NCBI GenBank assembly: GCA_021432655.1
Contig: MU271564.1
Span: 1-44,245, forward strand
Direction of reading: 5' to 3'
DNA from: Atractiella rhizophila
Taxonomy: Eukaryota
DNA: 44,245 nt
The notes beneath the pieces are model-generated. The model saw nothing but the letters and a program-made list of their open reading frames with translations. It was not told the DNA's origin and ran no database searches. Positions within the stretch are counted from its first letter, which is position 1. Each line of letters opens with the position of its first letter. The translations under genes were made by a program, and so were the position numbers. Shown piece by piece: positions 36,195-44,245 of the stretch.

Positions 36195-38624
36195 TCAATA
36201 CCCGAATCTCAAGTCATTCCTCGAGAACATAGGCGGTCTCCATTCCCTCAGCTTTTCCGGTGCAATTCTTCTTCTCTGTTTCGCCATAGTCCTTTGGTGC
36301 TTTTCGATAACGATATCTGAGACTTGAAGGAAGTAACCGTTCTTGTTGAACTTGAGGATTTGCAACGCCTGACAACTATTCCATCGCCCGTTAACAAAGA
36401 GAGCATACAAGAGAAAGGATTGGAAAGCTAACGTGTGCATGATATCGGCATGAGTGATACTCGTCTTCTGAGCGATCTCATCAATGCTGATCTCCTCCTG
36501 CCCACCTTCCGTGCACTTATTCAACAGCAGCTGCACAATAACCTCTGCCCAATATGCTCGATAAGTCAACAGTCCAAGATCGGAAAGCGGCTTCTCTGGC
36601 GAACCAAGCTTTCCCTCCTTCTTGCTGAGTTCGTAAGAGAATTCGATCAGAAACTTTCCCCATCCAGATCGTTGGTGATGAGGAAGGGTGAGGATACAAG
36701 CGACGTTATAGTTCTCTGCCGATTCTTTCTCCTTCGAGAAGTAACCAATGATGTGATGGCCCTTATCGTCTCTTTGCGTGAGGACGTAGAAAAGGAAAGG
36801 ATCTACGTCGTAGTATAACGTTTTGTGATCGAGAAAGCATTTGGATAGGAGACAGAGATTGCGACACCAAGTCTTCTGCTTCCTTCCGTCAATCTCGAAA
36901 AAGCTGAGATCCTCGTTCCTATAGATTTCATTTCCAGGCGGATGAACCAACATGCACTTGAACTTCCTATGTCGCTCGAACATCCTCTCCGAGCCAAAAT
37001 ACGAGAGACAGAACTCGCAGACAAAAAGTGCCGAATCGTTCGAGCGGGAAATGGAGTATTCCACTGGATAGGGAGAAAAGTACCACGCTTCAATGAGATG
37101 TTTCCCAATCTGGATGAGGTTCACGTTCTTCACTCGCGAGATCTCATGGTGGGACTGAGTCATCGATCCAGACGTTCGAAGCTTTTCCAGCTCGTCCGCT
37201 TTGGAGAAGGTGTTGGCAGGATCCAGGTGTCCGGCAGCAGCGGCGTTGGCATCTTCCTTCTGCTTCTTCTGGAATTGAGACAGGGTATAACGCTGGTTCG
37301 ACAGATCTTCAGCCTCTGCTTCCCCTTCATCCATTTCCTCATCTTCGTCTTCATCCACAACCTCTACCTTCAGCGTAACCTCCCCGCCGAAAGGATCCTC
37401 CTCGTCAATCTTCGGATAGTCCTCCTCCATAGGGGTGGACGGCGGCTCAATTTCCATCGTGCTTCCTTCCCTACTCTCTTCAATCTCCTCATCTTCATCG
37501 TCCATCACACTCCCATCCAAATCCGGATCCGCCACAATAGTCTCCTGACTTTCCGCCAACTCCTCTCCATCCTCCTCTTTCCGCTTCAGACCCATCAGAG
37601 TTCCCGTCGAAGCGCGAAATACAGCTTTCTTCAACAAACTTTGCTCCAACGCCTGGCTCTTGATGGTACTCCGCTTCGGCGTGAGGACCGGAGGGGTCGC
37701 GCTTGGTGACTTAAGCGACGAGGGACCAGCGGAGGGCGAAGGTTGCGTGAAAGTACGTTCGAGTTTTCGAGAGGGACCAGGAGAGGATGCTGCTGCTAGG
37801 GACGGCGCGGAAGCGCTGTGCGGTAGAGGTGGGGCGGAGGTGGTCGTTGGCCATTCGACGGGCTCGGTGAGGATGATACGAGAGCCAGGGATCCATTCAT
37901 CCAGACGCTACATAGAACAATGCCTGGGTATTAGGTACGGTCCACTGGAGTCCAGCAGCAAAGTACATTCGATAATGAGCCTCTCTTTCAATTTCAACAA
38001 CGCATTGCAAAACAGTCCAATCCCATTGGAGAATGAGATAAGACACCAGGGACTGCACCTGCCTTCTACGTGAACTTGCCTTAGCATAATGCACAGGCCG
38101 GCAAATTTTGATTGACCAGAAACACACTCTCTCCATCTTGCATCCTTCGTATAATTGGAAAACAAATGAGAGACACTATACTCTGGCGAAGGGTAGTCAT
38201 GATCGAGGAAAGGAACACTAGATACATTGTGCCTGCTGAGATAAAGCAACATAAGGTTGTACTGCTTACACAAGCGTAATTTGGGCATTAATGATATTGC
38301 CAATGAGCCATCACCAAAGCTGTCTTTGTAAACACATGCAGGAGTGGGTTTATTCGCCAAATACCACCACAAGCTCAGCACAAGTCGACATACCTTATTA
38401 AAGTCCTGATAATGGACATAATACTCTAACCCTGTCTCCTGAGCCCCTAACTCGCTGTCCTTCCTCCGTAACAATCTGCTGGCTGTCTTCTTGCGCTCCC
38501 GTATGCTCAAGATCTCCGCTTTTCTTGCTTCCTCTGCTGGGCGACGGTCAACCATGACCTTGCAACCTACAACGAGGCTATCTAGGGCCGGTAGACCATA
38601 GGCTGAGGGTGAAGGTGAAGCCAT
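36195..38624 (-). CDS. ESA1: MYST histone acetyltransferase Esa1/Tip60 (introns 37908-38393 and 36377-36433)
   Basis: Chromo-barrel [24 protein letters not shown]2HC finger, [37 protein letters not shown]. Confidence 0.95.
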
Positions 38625-38941
38625 GGCGCGCTGGGATCGACCAAGTAGCAAGACTTCGTCGTCGTTTGTTTGGTTTGAAAACATTGTCATGAGAATTGCC
38701 ACACATCCGACCGGCAGACAATCTGAAGACAACAAAAGTCTTGAATGTTTGATTCAACCGGTGTTGGTGTTGGGCGACCAGCAACCTCCGCGTTGCCTTT
38801 CATTTTTGTGTTAGTCTTCCGACGTTTCTTCTTAAATTCTTTACAAGGTTGCGGCACCACTTGCAGATGTTTAACATCCAACAACATCTAACAGAGCGCA
38901 AGAGTAGAGTTTTGGTGCAGAGTTGTGTCGCGCGGGAGAAC

Positions 38942-39165
38942 AGTTGGTCGCGGAGTAGAGTTAGTCGCGAGAGTAGAGTTGGTCGCGAGAGTAGAGTTGG
39001 TCGCGAGAGTAGAGTTGGTCGCGAGAGTAGAGTTGGTCGCGAGAGTAGAGTTGGTCGCGAGAGTAGAGTTGGTCGCGAGAGTAGAGCTGTTTCGCAGAGT
39101 AGAGTTAATCGCGCGAGTGTAGGTTAATCGCGCTTGAGAGTAGAGTAGAGCTAATCGCTCGAGAG
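38942..39165. repeat. 18-bp minisatellite GAGTAGAGTTGGTCGCGA (6 perfect copies at 38971-39078, plus degenerate flanking copies)
   Basis: Direct tandem repeats read from the sequence. Confidence 0.97.
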
Positions 39166-39617
39166 TATGTTCTTGATGGCGTCCTTCACGGTGGGACCAC
39201 TCCAAGACCTCCATCAGTTCCGAAAGATTATGTTACGCCGCTACAGTCGTAATGGAGGCACGCAGAAAGGAAGGCTCCTCGCATGGGTGGACACTTTTTG
39301 TGCTCTTTAGTTCTTTATGTGCCCTGTGCCTTGTCATTGTGTTGCGGCTATATCTTTGCGATTGCAGGGTGTGTAATATATTTCATATTACGGAATGATC
39401 GCAGTTGTCGCCATCTCTCCACTGTGATACTACAAGACGTTGGCAGAAATAAATGCTCCTCGATATCCAACACTCATACACTCATTTTTAACATGTCGCC
39501 GTCGCTGCCATTCTTAAGAGAATACGGAATACAATTATGGAATACTTCTATTTCATGCGCGACTAATGAGCTTTATGCTTGTATATATATCCTTTGTTAG
39601 ACTTTTAAGAAACCCCG

Positions 39618-40150
39618 CTAAATCATCTCCACGACCATTTGATCGCCATCTGCTATCTGTCCACCCCTGATCCCCATTTTATGAAGTATATGAAGAACCA
39701 CAATGCACAACATCCAAACGACGATTAGGAGTGGTAACAAGTATACCACCCACTTATGGGTGTCGTCGAGGCACTCGGCGACGAAGTAGTAGGTGACAAA
39801 GAGATAGAATGCCCAGAACGCTACGTAGCAACAGACTCGCAAAAATGCTGGTAGTTTTTGACGGTAAAGTCGCCTCCCGGCTATGATTACTTTCAGTTAG
39901 AAGTAAGGCAGCGAGGATTGGAGGACTCACAGGTATGGGCATGCATGCGTGAGATGTTGTCCAACACTGAGATTCTGGCGAGGAGGAGGAGAAGGCAGAT
40001 GAAAACCCCAAGGCATTGTCTACCTCCCTTGTCTGAAGACTTGAGCAATGTATCAGTAACGACTGGCAGCATGTTGTCAACGTATTCTTCAACTTTGCTC
40101 CTTGGTGCCTCCTTCTCCATCCTCCTCTCTGAACTGAAGCGAGGGGCTGC
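39618..40150 (-). CDS. Hypothetical multi-pass membrane protein, 3' exons; 5' end unresolved
   Basis: Hydrophobic segments (CLGVFICLLLLL; CCYVAFWAFYLFVTYYF; WVVYLLPLLIVVWMLCIVVL) separated by a GTGAGT..CAG intron-like segment. Confidence 0.35.
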
Positions 40151-41628
40151 CTGATCGACACGGCGGTTTTGCTATTGTGGAAGTCAGTAACACTGGACAG
40201 GTAACTCAAACTGTGGATTACTTGATGGTTTTCATTCCCTCTTTGTCTAACACGGACAATAGTAGCATCGGTAACAGTCGAGTTCTGGCCCTCAAGAGAA
40301 TTTTCACTGCAATTCAACATTAAGTGAGTGGTCTCCTGAAAATAAAGATCTTGATACCCTCGAGCGACGGCTTCAGTACCTGGTACAATATCCTTTAGCT
40401 ATTTACCGCTTAAGGTGGATTAAAATACTTACCTGGGATGTCTGGGCTTGGAGAGGACGCATTCTCTTGTTCTTTTCTCAAGTTGCTATCACTGTTTTCA
40501 AGTTGCGGATCCATTGGTAAAAAAAAATCTGCTGATGGGGATTTCTTACTCGGAGGGGCATCAGGAGAGCCTTTTAAGGAGTGCAGCCTGTATTGATCTA
40601 TTGACTCTGTTCGGGACTTGATACGCTCTTCCGTGGAGTCGGGGTTGGTGGAACAACATTCGATAGTGCTTTGACGACGGCGGGATCCTTCTCCGCGACT
40701 TTGATTGCAGACGCGAACTTTGATCTGATCTCAGAAAGGCGAGATCCTTTGGATCTGGGATGCGACTGCGCGAACTGAATTTGCTCAAACTTCGAGTTGA
40801 AATTACATTAGTCTATTCAATGTGATCAGCACTGACTTTCATTTAGGTCTGCATCGTATTCTCAATTACCTGCGCCACAGACAGTTCCCTCCCAATGGTC
40901 AACTAATGGTCATGTTGTCGACTGTTCATGAGGATAGTAGAGCAAGTCATCGCTTCACTGGAAGCCCATTTAGCTGTTCTGTTGCAGTTGCAAAGTGGGG
41001 CAAGAAATTGACATAGATATTAAACGAGAAGCTGAAGCTCGAAGGTTAAGAAACTGAAGTCCATTTTGAGAGTTTAACCGTGTGCAATTAGCGAGGTTAC
41101 GTGATCTGGTCTCCCTTGATCAGGTCCTCGTACAAACTGTTGCATTGATTGGTTGAGCACTTATCTGGCGTTCTTCTCTCTGTTCTGTGAGGTGGTAATA
41201 CGAACCAGAAAGGCTGAAACAACACGGAGCGGAGACATGAGACGAAGAAATGTGGAAGATCTGCGAGCTTTCTTCACAAACAAACTTTGTCAGTGGGCAC
41301 GAGCTCGTTTCTTTCACGCTAACCTCCCACTGGAGTGCAGGAGCTTGGCAGGAGCCTTCTCCTACAGTAGCTCCTTTTTTTGGAACGGCCCAAAGCCACC
41401 AGAAGGCGAAACAACAGTGGCAGGGAGAGTCAAAATAGAAAAGCGGCCGAACCCGAAAACCTACCGCTCATCAGGGAAAGGGACCCCATCCAGATAGCCT
41501 CAGGTCCAGACGTCTGTCATTCTTTTGGGGCACCGTTTCTATAACACCTGGGAATACGTACCATCGAAGCTTTTAGTGGAGCGAAAATCATTGTTTCAAA
41601 CCGCTGAGCGACCGACAAGGCGGACGTC

Positions 41629-42621
41629 GAAATCCGCTCTCATTCAACTCATCTCACGCAAGTGGAAAGTAGTCGTCTCCTTCAAACAGCAAGCGCGGCC
41701 GCTATTGAGTAGACTGCTGGAGAATTCGTTGCCCTTTGCTCTTCGCTTACATACTCAGATACTGAGATGTTTCGATCGATCATAGCGGCCGTCGACTCCT
41801 ACGCCGAAATCCGCTCTCATTCAACTCATCTCACGCAAGTGGAAAGTAGTCGTCTCCTTCAAACAGCAAGCGCGGCCGCTATTGAGTAGACTGCTGGAGA
41901 ATTCGTTGCCCTTTGCTCTTCGCTTACATACTCAGATACTGAGATGTTTCGATCGATCATAGCGGCCGTCGACTCCTACGCCGAAATCCGCTCTCATTCA
42001 ACTCATCTCACGCAAGTGGAAAGTAGTCGTCTCCTTCAAACAGCAAGCGCGGCCGCTATTGAGTAGACTGCTGGAGAATTCGTTGCCCTTTGCTCTTCGC
42101 TTACATACTCAGATACTGAGATGTTTCGATCGATCATAGCGGCCGTCGACTCCTACGCCGAAATCCGCTCTCATTCAACTCATCTCACGCAAGTGGAAAG
42201 TAGTCGTCTCCTTCAAACAGCAAGCGCGGCCGCTATTGAGTAGACTGCTGGAGAATTCGTTGCCCTTTGCTCTTCGCTTACATACTCAGATACTGAGATG
42301 TTTCGATCGATCATAGCGGCCGTCGACTCCTACGCCGAAATCCGCTCTCATTCAACTCATCTCACGCAAGTGGAAAGTAGTCGTCTCCTTCAAACAGCAA
42401 GCGCGGCCGCTATTGAGTAGACTGCTGGAGAATTCGTTGCCCTTTGCTCTTCGCTTACATACTCAGATACTGAGATGTTTCGATCGATCATAGCGGCCGA
42501 GGCCGCTATTGAGTAGACTGCTGGAGAATTCGTTGCCCTTTGCTCTTCGCTTACATACTCAGATACTGAGATGTTTCGATCGATCATAGCGGCCGACGAC
42601 TCCTAAGCCGAAATCCGCTCT
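41629..42621. repeat. 177-bp tandem satellite: units start at 41629, 41806, 41983, 42160 and 42337, then one internally deleted unit
   Basis: Identical units at exact 177-bp spacing. Confidence 0.98.
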
Positions 42622-42790
42622 AAATTATACCTGTGTTCATTCCTCTCAAACAATGCTCTGAGCTAGGCTGATCGTTGTGAACGTCGTGTTCCGCTCACCT
42701 CGCCCTCCGTACTCAAACGGTAGGGAGAGCTTTTCCAAGTGATGTCGTCTCTTGCCTTCCAGATAACCACGAACGCGTATTCATTTTGCC

Positions 42791-42814
42791 AAGTCAAGTC
42801 AAGTCAAGTTAAGT
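42791..42814. repeat. (CAAGT)n microsatellite
   Basis: aagtcaagtcaagtcaagttaagt. Confidence 0.8.
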
Positions 42815-43579
42815 ATGAGTCAAAACTTAAGCAGCCCTTCATTGTACTTTCCCACTTTCCGCCTCACTTTTGGCTCATAGATCCCTCTGCCTCGTAATCC
42901 GAAGCCCACAACCCACCGAGTAGACGCCGCCTCCGCGCACCAAATATCTCTGATCCTAGTATTTTCATCCACGAGGAGATCAACCTGAGCAAACCTCACA
43001 AGCAGAACGTTGAGTTTGGGACATGGCTGACGCTCGGATTAAGTGATCCGCAGGCGAGTATGATGGCTGAAGAGTACGTGCTTTCCTTTCTTCATTTGCT
43101 TTCGTTGACGATATCCACGACTAGGTCGAAAGCGCGTAGCGCCATCTCCATCTTACCATACCATCCGTGTCATCCGTGTCAGCTTCTCTCCCCAATCATC
43201 TCTCGACTGCCTTCCCAACTCCGTCTGCTCCAACGCACCTGTGGCCAACCGGCTTATTATGGCCTTGTCTTTCCACTCACGTTGGTGGCTATGGCCAGGA
43301 AGGAACATGGTACGCCTTCTAACATTTTTTTTCCTTTGTTAATGGGACGGGCATGTTGGAAGAGAGGGATTGTTTGAGACAATACTGCGTATTTGTGATG
43401 CAGCCAGAGTTTGTTATGCTGTTTGTAGTTTATGGAGTTATTGTAAAAGAGATACATTTCATCAATAACTAGGCTGGGAGTTGGTCTAGGTCCATAGGTC
43501 ACAACACTATGAGTTTATACGATTCACGACCCTGGTTGCGGGAAGTAAGTAAAATCGCAAAGCTCGGCCGCTTTTGAGT

Positions 43580-43593
43580 GGTTAGGGTTAGGG
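43580..43593 (+). repeat. Interstitial telomeric motif GGTTAGGGTTAGGG
   Basis: 2.3 copies of TTAGGG. Confidence 0.6.
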
Positions 43594-44245
43594 GCAACTT
43601 TCAGGATCAGGGGCAACATCAACTTGGCCTCACAAACGCTAAACGGGCAGTGAAAGGCACACCAGTAGCCAACTGAAGCTAGCAATATCTCATCAATATG
43701 TATGACATGCTGTCTTATAACGTGCCGATTACATGCAGGCAACTATCCAACTACAACTATAACTACGGTTACGACCTGCCATTTAAAGTTCTCGAAGGAG
43801 CAAGAGATTCTTAGACTGTTGTGGATTGAATCAGTTTGCATAGTATTTGGTTTGTCTGGACACCATGATTGGCATTGAAAGGAACAATAACAATGAAAGG
43901 ACATGATTAACCAAATTGAAATTCGAAAACTAAGTATTCTGAGCGTTCGATAGGAGAGAGCAAGGAAATGAAGGAAAACGTGACTGTTTCAACAAAATGT
44001 GAAGGAGGAAAAAGAAAAGAAGGAGGTATCAAACAGACATGCTGAAATGAAATTGAACTTGCAACTGGCACTTTGCGCTGTACAGAAAGCGTCTTAGAAG
44101 AGAAACGATTGGTTTGAGATCCATACTGCTAGATTGGAGGATTTGATTGCTGAGCAAGAGAACGCATACGGTTGGAGGGAACGGAATGTAGCTCTTCAAG
44201 TGGCGCTGACGGCACTCGAAACACTTTGTTTCCTACCCCGACTTG

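Noticed and set aside
41153..41497. 114-aa ORF upstream of the satellite (and ORF 43060-43377 downstream)
   Set aside because: No recognisable motif or convincing start; cannot be supported from sequence alone.
38942..42621. CRISPR-like array interpretation of the 18-bp and 177-bp repeats
   Set aside because: Units are contiguous with no unique spacers, there are no cas genes, and the context is eukaryotic.
41629..42621. Cloning-vector polylinker (NotI, EcoRI, PvuI, SalI sites)
   Set aside because: Sites are dispersed in the unit, no vector backbone is recognisable, and the array has natural-looking edge variants. A UniVec search would settle it.
42791..42814. (CAAGT)n as the tail of a non-LTR retrotransposon
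   Set aside because: No adjacent reverse transcriptase or endonuclease remnant, and no target-site duplication recognisable.

Overview
Intron-rich fungal (basidiomycete-like) nuclear DNA, from a draft scaffold with two N-gaps. Genes found: ElaA/YjcF-type GNAT, ARF6, ATG4, SCP160/vigilin, two divergent MetAP1 (MAP1) paralogs, LSM3, a Pho80/Pcl-type cyclin, ATG27, KEOPS PCC1, a single-pass membrane protein, LOC1, NOG1 and ESA1. The right end holds an 18-bp minisatellite and a 177-bp satellite. The near-identical duplicated blocks (1-2759 vs 9110-11853; 19674-25264 vs 25980-30045) look like uncollapsed alleles around the gaps. The SCP160 frameshifts look like long-read indel errors. The most interesting signal is splicing architecture. 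MAP1a has a 2-nt microexon that is conserved in its paralog, an 816-nt intron tiled with hairpins, a candidate recursive (zero-length-exon) AG|GTAAGT site and a 5-nt microexon. All five introns longer than about 150 nt that I could define have candidate basal stems bringing the 5' splice site near the branch point. Gene models and base pairings were derived by eye; no folding or database searches were run.
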